Notes: generated by a model not told the origin, from the letters alone. A stretch of 64,000 bases of DNA from Acidobacteriota bacterium (GCA_963666215.2 CAXWPL010000001.1:512001-576000); one strand, 5' to 3'; numbered from the stretch's first letter, positions 47,637 through 57,829 are shown. Numbers and translations are program-made.

Positions 47637-48524
47637 CTGCGCAAGCTGCTCGAGCTGGGCGGCGACCCGGACGGGCCCACGCCGTTCGCCAACCAGCCAC
47701 TTCACCAGGCAGTGTGGCGTGGGCGCAGCCGGCGGTTCTTCGACCTGCTGTTCGAGTTCGGCGCCGACGTCAACATGCCCAACAAGGAGGGCCGCACCGC
47801 CTACGCGATGGCGGCGCGAGTTGGCCGACAGGAGATCATGCGGCGACTGGTCGAAGCTGGCGCCGACACGACGATGGCACCGGCCGACGCGGTGCTTGCG
47901 GCGTGCGCCGCCGGCGACGCCGCCGCAGCGCGAGAACTGCTGTTGCCCGATCTGCTGTCGTCGGCAGACCGGGCGCAGATCTGCGAAGTCGCCGACGCCG
48001 GCAACACCGCGTGCGTCGGCGCCATGCTCGAGCTCGGCTGGGACGTCAATACGCGTGGCCGCGCATGGAAGGAAACGCCGCTACACCGCGCCGCCATCGA
48101 GGGGCCTCTCGAGACCGTTCAGTTGCTGCTCGACCACGGCGCCGACCTGACCATCCGCGACGCCTGCTACCACAGCTCGCCCGTGGGCTGGGCTCGGCAC
48201 GGAGGCCATCACGAGGTCGTCGCGGTGCTCCGAGACGATCCCGACCGCCTCGACCTGCTCGATGCGATCGATCTGGGCTGCACCGATCGGGCTCTCGCCT
48301 TGCTCGCCGAACACAGCGAGGTCGCCGCCGTCAACACCGCCGTTGCCGGCGGCGAACCCGGAATACTACTGCGCGCCGCCGCGCAAGCCGGCGACACTCG
48401 CCTGATCGCAACGCTGCTCGAACGTGGCGCGGACGCCGCCATCCGCAACTCAGAGGGGAAGTCGGCCATCGACATCGCGCGTCAGCAGGGACACAATGCG
48501 GTCGTCGACCTACTCGGCGGCTAG
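47637..48524 (+). pseudogene. 5'-truncated ankyrin repeat protein
   Basis: PLHQA, GADVN, TPLHRAA, LLDHGAD, LLERGAD repeats; no own start. Confidence 0.8.
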
Positions 48525-50601
48525 GACGCCGCTCCGCCGTCGGTTCCCGCAACGGTCTCCGGCGCCGCTTTCCCGGTCCCGGGAAACAGCCCCGGGGTGC
48601 AACCGGACGTGGCCGACGAGGGCCCCCGAACATGCCCCGCTTGTACGCCGTGATATGCCCAGAGAAGGCCGACGCGGCAACCGTCAGGGGCGAAGCCAGG
48701 TAGAGCAGCCCCGGTCCGGAGCGCCCCTTGTAGTTGCGGTTGATCGCACTCACGGTGACCTGCTTTTCGTTTTCGGACACGCCTGGACCGCAGCCGATGC
48801 AGGCCCCGCAACCGGGCTGAATCAACCGTACACCGGCGCGTTCGAAGGTCTCCACATAGCCGCGCTCGCGGGCGTACCGCTCCACGGTCTGGGAGCCGTA
48901 CTGAATCAGGAACGACACTCCGTCGGCGACCCTCAACCCGGCAGTCACTGCCTCGCTCACCACCTGATGGTAGAAGTCGAGATCGTGCTCTTTGCCGGCG
49001 GTGCAGCTGCCACCGTAGGCGATATCGATCGACACCTCGCCAATCTCGGAGACCAGCGCGCCGTTGGTCGGATCGGATGGGATCCCGTGATCCGGATCGC
49101 CCGGATGCGCAACCATGGGCACCATCGTCGACAGGTCGATCACATGGAACCCGCCGGCGTATGAGGCATCGATGTCGGGCGCGATGCGGCGACGTCGCAT
49201 CCTGTCGACATCGACATGCTGGCGATGTTCAGCGATCCACTTGAACGTGGCCTCATCGGCCTCGATGCACGCGCCGCGTGCCGAGCATTCGGTAGCCATG
49301 TTGGCCAGCGTCGCTCGCTCATCCATCGACAGGCTCGTCAGTCCGGGACCGCCGAATTCCATCACCCGATTCAGCGTGAGCTGCGGGCGGGCGTAGTGCA
49401 GCAGGATGTGCAGCATCACGTCCTTGGCGGTGACGTTGTCGTGCAGCCGTCCGACCAACTCGAAGCGGATCGCCTCTGGAACCTCGACGGGGGTGAAGCC
49501 GCTGTAGAGCAAGTTCGCGTATTGGGTGGCGCCCACTCCCCAGGCGAGGGCGTTGTTGCACCCGCCCATGCAGGTGTGGCTGTCGGTGGCCTGGATGAAA
49601 TCGCCTGGGCTCACCATGCGTTCGCGCGCCACCTCGTGGCAGATACCTGGCGAGGCGCCATCCTCGGCGAGATAGTCATCGACGCCAGCGTGTTGCTGAA
49701 AATCTCGCTGCAGGTCGCGCATCGTGCCGACTTCAGACATGTACGGTTGCAGCTTCACGACCTCATCGGCGTACACCAGATGGTCCTCAAACGCCGCGAA
49801 CCGCTCGGGCGCCGCGATTCGATAGTTGTCGCCGTACTCCTGCTGCAGAAAGTGGTGCACCTGCGCGGACGTGAAGTCGTGCGAGTAGCCACCGTCGACC
49901 TTGACGAGCACAGCGTCGCCCGGCTTGACGTAGCTCGCCACCTGGCCGAACAGATGACGCGAGAGGATCTTCTCGGTCATGTTCATCGGCCGCTCTTCGG
50001 TCCCATGATTGGGCGCGCCCACCTCGTTGGCCGCGAGCGCCTTGGCGAACGGAAACAGGCCGCCGTGCTCGACGATCAGCCGCGACATCGGATCGAGCCC
50101 CTCGCAGAAGCGCTCGAGCGGCACCGCCTCCTCGCGCTGCAGTGCCCTGAGGACCTCGTGGTCGGCCATCAGGACGCCCAGATTGATGTTGTTGCGAGCG
50201 TGAATGGGTGCGAACGAAGCCGCGATCGCGATCTTGATGCCGGAGTATTTCTCGGCCTGCACGGCCGTCTCACGCGAGCTGCCGACCCCTTTGCGATAAC
50301 CCGACACAATGATGTCGAAGCCACCGTTGATCAGCGCGTCGCGCTCGAAAATACGCTTGCCGTCGACAATCACGCCCGCGTACGCCTCGCGCGCGATGTC
50401 TTCCGGGCGATGGTTGAAGCACACCCACGCCGGGGTCATGGCGTCGGTGTTGACGTCGTCGAGTAGGTCCTCGATCTCGACATCGCGGCCGTAGATCAGA
50501 TCGAGCTGTCCGGCGAGCTGCCGCCGCAGCAGGTCTGGATCCTTCGTGAGGTAGAGGACACGCCGGCCGGGCGCGAGCTCAATCATCTTGAGAGGTCTCA
50601 T
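48331..50601 (-). CDS. Aconitase-family dehydratase, swivel (LeuD-like) domain fused N-terminal to LeuC-like domain
   Basis: DDVNTD, GSSRE; then GICH, TDSHT, GGSCT, PGCGACI, NRNY.GR, LASP; true end probably 48521 (see findings). Confidence 0.88.
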   Translation of the reverse strand: MRPLKMIELAPGRRVLYLTKDPDLLRRQLAGQLDLIYGRDVEIEDLLDDVNTDAMTPAWVCFNHRPEDIAREAYAGVIVDGKRIFERDALINGGFDIIVSGYRKGVGSSRETAVQAEKYSGIKIAIAASFAPIHARNNINLGVLMADHEVLRALQREEAVPLERFCEGLDPMSRLIVEHGGLFPFAKALAANEVGAPNHGTEERPMNMTEKILSRHLFGQVASYVKPGDAVLVKVDGGYSHDFTSAQVHHFLQQEYGDNYRIAAPERFAAFEDHLVYADEVVKLQPYMSEVGTMRDLQRDFQQHAGVDDYLAEDGASPGICHEVARERMVSPGDFIQATDSHTCMGGCNNALAWGVGATQYANLLYSGFTPVEVPEAIRFELVGRLHDNVTAKDVMLHILLHYARPQLTLNRVMEFGGPGLTSLSMDERATLANMATECSARGACIEADEATFKWIAEHRQHVDVDRMRRRRIAPDIDASYAGGFHVIDLSTMVPMVAHPGDPDHGIPSDPTNGALVSEIGEVSIDIAYGGSCTAGKEHDLDFYHQVVSEAVTAGLRVADGVSFLIQYGSQTVERYARERGYVETFERAGVRLIQPGCGACIGCGPGVSENEKQVTVSAINRNYKGRSGPGLLYLASPLTVAASAFSGHITAYKRGMFGGPRRPRPVAPRGCFPGPGKRRRRPLREPTAERRPSRRVGRRPHCVPADARCRWPTSPLSCGWRRPRHVRAALRSGECRRLARRRAVVFRVRRRQRRC

Positions 50602-50737
50602 CGAGCCCCATTGTGCCACCACGCGCGGTTGTCATTGAGCCACCACTCGGCTCGACGCGGCGTTGATCGTGAGCGCAACGCGGCGCGAAGCCGCTGTCGT
50701 ACAGTAGGTCGTCCTGCACACACCTCTCATAGGGAAA

Positions 50738-51022
50738 ATGAACATGAGCCGAGCCCGAGCACGCCACATTCTGGTTGCCAACGAGCAAGCCTGCCTCGAC
50801 CTCAAGCAGCAAATCATCGACGGCGCGGCCTTCGGCGATATTGCCAAGTCGCACTCAACGTGCCCCTCATCGAAGCAAGGCGGCGACCTGGGCGAGTTCG
50901 GACCTGGCCAGATGGTGCCGGAGTTCGACACCGTTGTGTTCAGCGAGGCTGTTGGCGAGACGCACGGCCCCGTGAGGACGCAGTTCGGCTATCACCTGAT
51001 TCAGATCACCGAGCGCAGCTAG
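50738..51022 (+). CDS. ppiC: Parvulin peptidyl-prolyl cis-trans isomerase
   Basis: [36 protein letters not shown]. Confidence 0.93.
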   Translation: MNMSRARARHILVANEQACLDLKQQIIDGAAFGDIAKSHSTCPSSKQGGDLGEFGPGQMVPEFDTVVFSEAVGETHGPVRTQFGYHLIQITERS

Positions 51023-51047
51023 TCGCGCTGAAATCAGACCCCCGGAC

Positions 51048-51773
51048 GTGGCTGCGGAGTCCGTTTCTGGCGCCGAATCGGGACGCCCACGCGTCGCGCT
51101 GCCCAACTCGTGGACCGCGGCCCTCGGAGACGAAGCGCAGCGGCCCTATTTCAAGGCGCTCGAGCGGTTCGTCGAGCATGAGCGCGGCGAACACGAGGTC
51201 TTCCCACCCGCCGACGACGTTTTCGAGGCGCTGAACCTCACGCCATTCGACGCCGTTCGCGTCATCCTGCTCGGGCAGGACCCGTACCACGGCCCGGGAC
51301 AAGCCAACGGTCTGTGCTTCTCGGTTCGGCCAGGGGTGCCGCTGCCGCCATCGTTACGCAACATCTACCGCGAGCTGCGCGACGACATCGGCTGCACCAC
51401 GCCGCAGGACGGCGGCCTCGGTTCGTGGGCGCGGCAGGGTGTGCTGCTGCTCAACACCGTCTTGACCGTGCGGTCGCACGCACCCGGTTCACATCGCCGG
51501 CGCGGCTGGGAGCAATTCACCGACCGCGTCATCGAACGGCTGTGCGCAAGGCCTCGGCCCGCCGTGTTCGTACTCTGGGGTCACGACGCCCGCCGCAAGG
51601 CGGCGTCGATCGACAGGCAACGCCATAGCATCATCGAGAGCGCTCATCCGTCGCCTCTTTCGGCGTACCGCGGCTTTTTCGGAAGTCGCCCGTTCAGTGC
51701 TGTCAACGCCGCGCTGCGGCTTCAGGGCGAGTCGCCAATCACTTGGGAGCTTCCCGGCCCGGCAGCTCTCTAG
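51048..51773 (+). CDS. ung: Uracil-DNA glycosylase family 1
   Basis: GQDPYH, PPSLRNI, VLLLN, HPSPLS. Confidence 0.96.
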   Translation: MAAESVSGAESGRPRVALPNSWTAALGDEAQRPYFKALERFVEHERGEHEVFPPADDVFEALNLTPFDAVRVILLGQDPYHGPGQANGLCFSVRPGVPLPPSLRNIYRELRDDIGCTTPQDGGLGSWARQGVLLLNTVLTVRSHAPGSHRRRGWEQFTDRVIERLCARPRPAVFVLWGHDARRKAASIDRQRHSIIESAHPSPLSAYRGFFGSRPFSAVNAALRLQGESPITWELPGPAAL

Positions 51774-51802
51774 CTCAGCTATGGTCGAGATGCGGGCGCC
51801 CG

Positions 51803-52972
51803 CTACGTCGGCGACGCCGCGGCCGAATTCGTCGACAACTCAACCCGACCGGCTGGACCACACGGCTCGAGTCGCATGGCCGACGGCCCGAGCGCTTCGA
51901 GCAGCGAGCTCACTTGGCCGCGGCGGCAGGCGGCAACAATACAACCACCGAAACCGGCGCCAACGATGCGGGCGCCCAGAGCACCTGCGGCTCGTGCCCT
52001 ACCGACGAGGCGGTCGACTTCGGGGTGGCTGACCTCGTAGTCGTCGCGCAGCCCCGCGTGTGAGGCGTCGAGTATCGCTCCAAACAGGGTGAGGTCGTGC
52101 CGCGCCAGAGCGTCGATCGCCGCCTCCACCCGCGCCGCCTCGGCGTAGACGAAACGTGCGCGACGTCGCGCCGGATCGGGAAGCTCTGGCACCGAGAGCC
52201 TCTCCGCCAGCGGAACGTCGACGAGCTTGACGCCGACTCCTTCGCGAGCTGGCGCTCCCAGTCGCTCGGCCGCCGAGCTGCATTCCTGAACACGCGTGTT
52301 GTAGGCGTGCTGGACTGAGCCACCCTTGGGCGCGACGACTCCCGAATTGGCAACCACGATCGCCAGATCAGACGGGAGCTCAACCGGCGCGATGCGGAGC
52401 GGATCAAAATCGATGCGCAGCGCCCGGCCCGGCTCGGCCAGCAGAGAAATCGCCTGGTCCATGCCGCCCGAAAGCGTGCCGACATAGCGCTCGGCACGAC
52501 AGGCTCTTTCCGCGAGCTTCACGCGGTCGTCGCACGGCCCGAGTGCCAAGAGCGAGGCCACCACCACCGCCGACGACGACGAAAGCCCGGCGGCGGGCGG
52601 AATGTCTCCGCCGACGAGGAGCTCAACGCCCGCGCATCCGGTCGAGAGATGTCGCGCCAGGGCCGCCGCGACGACGTAGTCAACCCAGCTCTCTCTCGGC
52701 TGCCGGGTGCGCAGCGCATCGAGCGGAATCGTCTCCGCGGGATAGGAGGCCGCGTCGATGTTGCGGACGCACAACGTGAACTCCGACCGCGGTGCGGCGG
52801 CAACCCAGACCCGGCGATCAACAGCTATCGGCAGCACAGGGAAGCCGTTGTAGTCGATGTGCTCGCCGATCAGGTTCACGCGTCCCGGTGCCTGGGCGAT
52901 CACAGTCGCGTCGGGCAGCTCGGCCAGCAAGCGGCGCCTGAGGTCGGGTTGGAGTGCGGCTCGGTTATTCAC
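51803..52972 (-). CDS. galK: Galactokinase-family GHMP kinase
   Basis: PGRVNLIGEHIDY, GLSSSS, GGMDQ, GAGFGGC. Confidence 0.88.
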   Translation of the reverse strand: MNNRAALQPDLRRRLLAELPDATVIAQAPGRVNLIGEHIDYNGFPVLPIAVDRRVWVAAAPRSEFTLCVRNIDAASYPAETIPLDALRTRQPRESWVDYVVAAALARHLSTGCAGVELLVGGDIPPAAGLSSSSAVVVASLLALGPCDDRVKLAERACRAERYVGTLSGGMDQAISLLAEPGRALRIDFDPLRIAPVELPSDLAIVVANSGVVAPKGGSVQHAYNTRVQECSSAAERLGAPAREGVGVKLVDVPLAERLSVPELPDPARRRARFVYAEAARVEAAIDALARHDLTLFGAILDASHAGLRDDYEVSHPEVDRLVGRARAAGALGARIVGAGFGGCIVAACRRGQVSSLLEALGPSAMRLEPCGPAGRVELSTNSAAASPT

Positions 52973-53428
52973 GTGAAGCAACTATAGATTCCTCGGATTC
53001 CTCAGAAAATCCGTCAGATTCCTCAGGCGTGGCGACGACGCTGCCGTCCAGTTTGTATCCGCCGCGGATGATCGTTGCGCGGCACCACACGAGCGTCGCG
53101 TGCGACATTCGGCTACTCGGTCGCGACGGATAGCAACTCCTGCCAGCTTCTGACGCGGCGGAAAACCGCTCCGTCGCTCGTTTTGGCGATGTGGCCGGAC
53201 CTGGCCGGAACAGGACGACGTCGAGAGTCGGGCCTGGATTTCCTGACGCTCACCGGGCTCTCTCAGCTCACCCAAAGCCAGGAAAACACAGGAAGCGCTG
53301 CGAATGTCGCATGGTGTCGCTATCTCCAGATCGGTCTACAGGCGCTCTCGCGGGCTGTCGTGCAAGGGTCGGGCCCAGCTTTCGAACAGGGCCTGCTGTC
53401 GGGCCCACCACCTTTCCAACGTGGCCTG

Positions 53429-54571
53429 CTAGGGAAAGCGGCCCTGGCGGTCGAGGGCCACGAGCATCGACGCGGCCCGACCGTAGCTGTGCACGCCCCC
53501 GGCCACGCGGTTGGACCGCAGGTAGGCGTCGTTGATCCCGGTGGCCATGCGCGTGGCCGGGCTGCGATAGGCGGCCCAGAAGTCACGCATCGCCGCCAGG
53601 TCGGTCAACGCGCCCTCGCCAAGCAACTCCCATGCATCGCGAGCGCGGTCTCGGTCGGCGCGCTGCCCGGCACCGATCAAACGGGCCGCCGCATCGAGAA
53701 AGGCTGCGTAGCGCGCGTACCTTCCGTCCGCCGCGGCGCAGGCCAGAAAAGCGGCGAGGTTCGCCTCTCCCTCGTCGGTGATCCCTCTCTGATGCGCCTT
53801 CTCGTGAGCCACCATCATCGGCACTGCGGGGTCGGGCACGAGCGCGTTGATCGACGGCTCGCCGGTGAATGGAATAAAGATGCCGGCGATGCCGAGATAC
53901 GAGAACAGTGTCGAGCTCCACAACCGCTTCGCCGGCGAAACCGGCCCGCTCACCGTGTCGCCCGCCAGATCGAGACGCCGGTACGCGTCGTCGAGCCCGC
54001 GGTTGAGCACGGAGAAAGACATCGGGAGAGCACTGGGTCGATCGGCACTGCCGCCGAGCTCGAGCCGCAGCTGCGCGGCCTGTCTCGCCGCACGCTCCCC
54101 GAGCGCGAGCACGTCCTCGGCGTCGATCTCCGTGACGTCGAGCCGCATTCGATCGGCAAGCGACGGCCGCGCGTAGTTGAAGCCCCACAGCAACAGGAAT
54201 GCCCAGGCGACGACGCCCGCCGCGGCCCACAGAAAAAGGGCCGGTCGAATCCAACGCCGGCGCGAGTCTGATGTGCCCTCTCTTTCTCGCCGCCGCGAGA
54301 ACGCGATTGCAAGCATGACAGCGCCACCAACCATCATCACCATGACGATCAGCTCCGCTACCGACACCGGCAGGCTCGCCCCGACAAGCCGGAGGACGAC
54401 GACGATTCGCGGATACAGCATCTCGCCGTACAGGCGCTCGACAGCCAGTGGGAAGGCGAACGCCAGCCACCGAGCAACAAAAGCCAGCGGTAGCATGCTC
54501 AGCGCAACGCCGGCGAGCGCCAACTCTTTCGAAGACGCAGAATCCGTCGCACGCTCGTCTGACAAGGACAT
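53429..54571 (-). CDS. DUF3810-family membrane zincin-like protein
   Basis: LWGFNYARP, GIFIPFTGE, HEKAHQRG..EGEAN. Confidence 0.85.
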   Translation of the reverse strand: MSLSDERATDSASSKELALAGVALSMLPLAFVARWLAFAFPLAVERLYGEMLYPRIVVVLRLVGASLPVSVAELIVMVMMVGGAVMLAIAFSRRREREGTSDSRRRWIRPALFLWAAAGVVAWAFLLLWGFNYARPSLADRMRLDVTEIDAEDVLALGERAARQAAQLRLELGGSADRPSALPMSFSVLNRGLDDAYRRLDLAGDTVSGPVSPAKRLWSSTLFSYLGIAGIFIPFTGEPSINALVPDPAVPMMVAHEKAHQRGITDEGEANLAAFLACAAADGRYARYAAFLDAAARLIGAGQRADRDRARDAWELLGEGALTDLAAMRDFWAAYRSPATRMATGINDAYLRSNRVAGGVHSYGRAASMLVALDRQGRFP

Positions 54572-54645
54572 CCTGTTCCGATCCTGAGGTTGGAACCTCC
54601 GATGTGCCCTAATATTGCCAGCCCACCCGCATCGAAGGCCGCCGC

Positions 54646-55911
54646 ATGCAACTGACGCCGCACGACGAGGATCTCCTGAGTGGACGAGCTGGCGAGGCGG
54701 CCGCGTTCGCCATGTCGATCATCGTTCGCATGGGCGAGGTGTGTGGCGCCGAGGGCCTGATGGATATCACGCAGGCGCACATCGATTCGACGATCTACAC
54801 GGGTGAAGCCACGCTCGAGTTTGCCGAGCGGCTCGCGAGCATGGATGCCAGGGTCGCCGTGCCATCAACGATGAACGTGTCGGGCGTCGACGAGCACGGT
54901 TGGCGCGATTGGCCTGTGCCCGCAGAGTGGGCCGACCAAGCCTACCGGCAGATGGTGGCGTACCAGGGCATGGGATGTATCCCCACCTGGACCTGCGCGC
55001 CCTACCAAACCGTGTACAAGCCGAAGTTCGGACAGCAGATTGCCTGGGGCGAATCGAACGCCATCGCTTTCGCCAACTCGGTGCTGGGCGCTCGCACCGA
55101 ACGTTACCCCGACCTGATGGACATCTGCGCGGCAATCACCGCTCGCGTTCCGGCCGTGGGTCTTCACCTCGACGAGAACCGCGCCGGCCAGCTGCTGCTC
55201 GAGCTCACCGGCGTCCCCCGCGAGCTGCAACTCGACGATGCCTTCTGGCCCGTTTTCGGGCATGTCGTCGGACAACGAGCACGCGATCGCGTCGTGGTGA
55301 TCGACGGGCTCGACCCCGCCGTTCGTCCCGCCGAAGACGACCTCAAAGCTCTCGGAGCGGGCGCCGCGTCTTCGGGCGCAGTGGCGTTGTTTCACCTCGT
55401 GGGCGTTACCCCGGAGGCACCGACGCGCGCCGCCGCTTTCCAGCAACGCCAGCCGGAGGCGCACGAAACTGTCAGCACAGCAGAGTTGCGCGCGGCGCGG
55501 GCGGCGCTGAACACCGCACCCGGTAACACGCTCGACATGGTGATTCTCGGGAGCCCGCACTTCTCGCTTGCCGAGTTCCGACGCCTGGCCCCGCTCGTCG
55601 ACGGCAAGCGCGCTCACAGTGACGTCGTCTTCTTGGTAACGACCAGCCGCATCATGCGGCAGCTAGCCGACGAAGCCGGCCTGCTCGAGCCACTGCAGCG
55701 TTTCGGGGCCCGGATTACCGTCGACACCTGCATCCTGGCTACGCCGATGAAGCCCGACGGAATCGGCACGTTGATGACCAACTCCGCCAAGTACGCTTAC
55801 TACTCGCCTGGCCTCCTGAACGCCGACGTCCATTTCGGTGGCATGAAGGAGTGCGTCAACTCGGCCATCGCCGGGCGCGTGGCGGAGCCTTCGCGAGCGT
55901 GGCGCGACTAA
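54646..55911 (+). CDS. Aconitase X catalytic subunit (DUF521)
   Basis: AHID, TWTCAPY, WGESNA..FANSVLGART, GVTPEA, LGSPH, DTC, TNSAKYAYY. Confidence 0.9.
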   Translation: MQLTPHDEDLLSGRAGEAAAFAMSIIVRMGEVCGAEGLMDITQAHIDSTIYTGEATLEFAERLASMDARVAVPSTMNVSGVDEHGWRDWPVPAEWADQAYRQMVAYQGMGCIPTWTCAPYQTVYKPKFGQQIAWGESNAIAFANSVLGARTERYPDLMDICAAITARVPAVGLHLDENRAGQLLLELTGVPRELQLDDAFWPVFGHVVGQRARDRVVVIDGLDPAVRPAEDDLKALGAGAASSGAVALFHLVGVTPEAPTRAAAFQQRQPEAHETVSTAELRAARAALNTAPGNTLDMVILGSPHFSLAEFRRLAPLVDGKRAHSDVVFLVTTSRIMRQLADEAGLLEPLQRFGARITVDTCILATPMKPDGIGTLMTNSAKYAYYSPGLLNADVHFGGMKECVNSAIAGRVAEPSRAWRD

Positions 55912-56318
55912 TGCGCGGGCGGCCTCTTGTTGCCGGGACTGCCGAGGGAACGGTGCTGGCGGCGAACGAGCCGCTGAGCTTCTGGGGAGGCTATGACCAG
56001 GCCACCGGTGAGATCATCGATCGACGGCATCCGCTCGCCGGCCAGTGCGCCGCCGGGCGGATTCTGGCGTTGCCAATGAGTCGCGGGTCCTCCACGACGG
56101 CTGCCGTGTTCCTCGAATCGGTGCGTCGCGGAACCTCCCCAGCCGCAGTCCTGACCAACGGTGTGGACACTTTCCTCACGTTGGCGGCCATAGTCGCCGA
56201 GAAGATGTACAGCCGTACGATCCCGATCGTGGCACTCGAGGAAGCCGACTTCGCGCAAATCGAGAGCGGTCAACAACTCCGAATCAAGGCCGATGGGACA
56301 GTAACTCCGAGCGGCTAG
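55911..56318 (+). CDS. Aconitase X swivel subunit (DUF126)
   Basis: LSFWGGYD..TG.IID..HPL, RGSST; TAATG overlap with upstream gene. Confidence 0.9.
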   Translation: MRGRPLVAGTAEGTVLAANEPLSFWGGYDQATGEIIDRRHPLAGQCAAGRILALPMSRGSSTTAAVFLESVRRGTSPAAVLTNGVDTFLTLAAIVAEKMYSRTIPIVALEEADFAQIESGQQLRIKADGTVTPSG

Positions 56319-56330
56319 CTGCGAGTTCTC

Positions 56331-56412
56331 GTGAGTTCTAGGGAGGTTGTTCACGAGCCACTCCTGAGACCCGAGCCATCGATGTTGTCATGCCGATGCC
56401 GGAGGGGGAGCG
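56331..56412 (-). mobile_element. Diverged IS481-family right-end remnant
   Basis: gtgagttctagggaggttgttcacga...tgtcatgccgatgccgg aligns with the reverse complement of 16549-16630. Confidence 0.75.
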
Positions 56413-56601
56413 GGGCGCAAAGCATCGTAGCGGCTCTCCTGGCGCGCGTCTGAATCGCCCCCACCCCGACTTGCGGCCGAAGACCGGTCAATCGCGACCG
56501 AACCCGACCACCACGCTCCCGAAGGCGCGCCACTCGTGCGACACTAGGGGGCTAGCTGCGCAGTAGCCGCGGCGCCCCCCTCAAAGCAGCAGCCTCCGCG
56601 A

Positions 56602-57810
56602 ATGCCTCCTATCTGGAACCTGCAGCAGGTCCTCGTTTCTCTCGCGTCGGCGGGCGCTCTCCTCTGGGTGGCGATTCTGCTCGACCGCAAGCGCTCGTGG
56701 CCCGCGGGATGGAGCCTTCATCTGAGCATACCTTCGCGCGATCCCAAGCCGGCGCAATTCCCCCCGTGCGTGGCGGTCATCGCGGCAAGGCACGAGGCCG
56801 CAACCCTGCCTCGTACCCTCCCGAGGTTGCTCCGCCAGCTCGACCATTTCCACCGTATCGTCATTGTCGACGACCGCTCCGAGGACAGCACCGGGAGCAC
56901 GGCCCGTCGACTGGCAGGGAGCGATCTCGACGACAAGGTGCAGGTTGTGCGCGTTGACGAGCTGCCGGATGGCTGGGCGAGCAAGGTCAATGCGATGCAT
57001 GTCGGCATCGAAGCGGCAACCGCTAACTGGGACGGCGACCACGCCGAGCAGTGGATCCTGCTGACCGCCGCCGACATTCTGCACCCCACGACTTCCATGG
57101 CGCGCATGCTCACGAAGGCTCGCGAGCACGACTTTGATGTGGTTTCCGTGATGGCACAACTACGGGCTTCACGCTTTTGGGAGCGGCTCCTTATTCCGCC
57201 GTTCGTCTACTTCTCTCAGCTGCTGCACCCGTTCCGCAAGGCTTCCGACCCACAGTCGAGCGTAGCGGCGCTCGCCGGCGGCTGCATTTTGGTGCGACGG
57301 AGCACGCTGCAGGATGCCGGCGGCCTCGAGGCGATCAAGGACGCGCTGGTCGACGACATGGCGCTGGCGCGCACGCTCAAGGCCAGCGGCGCTCGCATCT
57401 GGCTCGGTATCGATCCCGACTTGCGGTCGCTTCGAACGTACGGCTCGGTTGGGGAAGTTATCGACAGAGTGTCCCGCACGGCTTTCGCGGCGCTGCACTA
57501 TCGCTACTGGGCGCTGCCGATTGCCTGGCTAGGGCTGCTGCTGCTGTTCATCGCACCACCCGTGCTGGCTACCTATGGAGCGATTCGGCTCGACCCGATG
57601 ATCGCGGGCCCGGCGCTGCTGGCGTGGCTGATCGCCACTGTGACCGTCATCCCGGTAAGCCAGCACCAGAACGTCGCATTGGGATATGCGCTGGCGATGC
57701 CGATTTCGGCGACAGTCTACATCTACATGACGTTGGTCTCGGCTTGGCGCCACTTCCGGGGCAAGCACGAGTGGCGCGACCGGGCGGAGAACGAAACCCA
57801 CCTCATCTAG
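56602..57810 (+). CDS. GT2 glycosyltransferase, HpnB-like
   Basis: VDDRSED.TG, LPDGW.SK, WERLLIP.FVYF, AGGCILVR, DD.ALA, TM helices. Confidence 0.82.
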   Translation: MPPIWNLQQVLVSLASAGALLWVAILLDRKRSWPAGWSLHLSIPSRDPKPAQFPPCVAVIAARHEAATLPRTLPRLLRQLDHFHRIVIVDDRSEDSTGSTARRLAGSDLDDKVQVVRVDELPDGWASKVNAMHVGIEAATANWDGDHAEQWILLTAADILHPTTSMARMLTKAREHDFDVVSVMAQLRASRFWERLLIPPFVYFSQLLHPFRKASDPQSSVAALAGGCILVRRSTLQDAGGLEAIKDALVDDMALARTLKASGARIWLGIDPDLRSLRTYGSVGEVIDRVSRTAFAALHYRYWALPIAWLGLLLLFIAPPVLATYGAIRLDPMIAGPALLAWLIATVTVIPVSQHQNVALGYALAMPISATVYIYMTLVSAWRHFRGKHEWRDRAENETHLI

Positions 57811-57829
57811 CAAGATCTGGCAGCCAGCG

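Noticed and set aside
51803-52972. Mevalonate kinase partnering the nearby AcnX
   Set aside because: It has the galactokinase signature GRVNLIGEHxDY and GGMDQ
53030-53428. ncRNA in the galK-DUF3810 intergenic region
   Set aside because: No recognisable RNA family motif or convincing stable structure by eye
56314-56560. Complete MITE bounded by the GCTAGCTGCG direct repeat (56314 and 56551)
   Set aside because: Only one IS481-like end is recognisable, with no matching second IR before 56551
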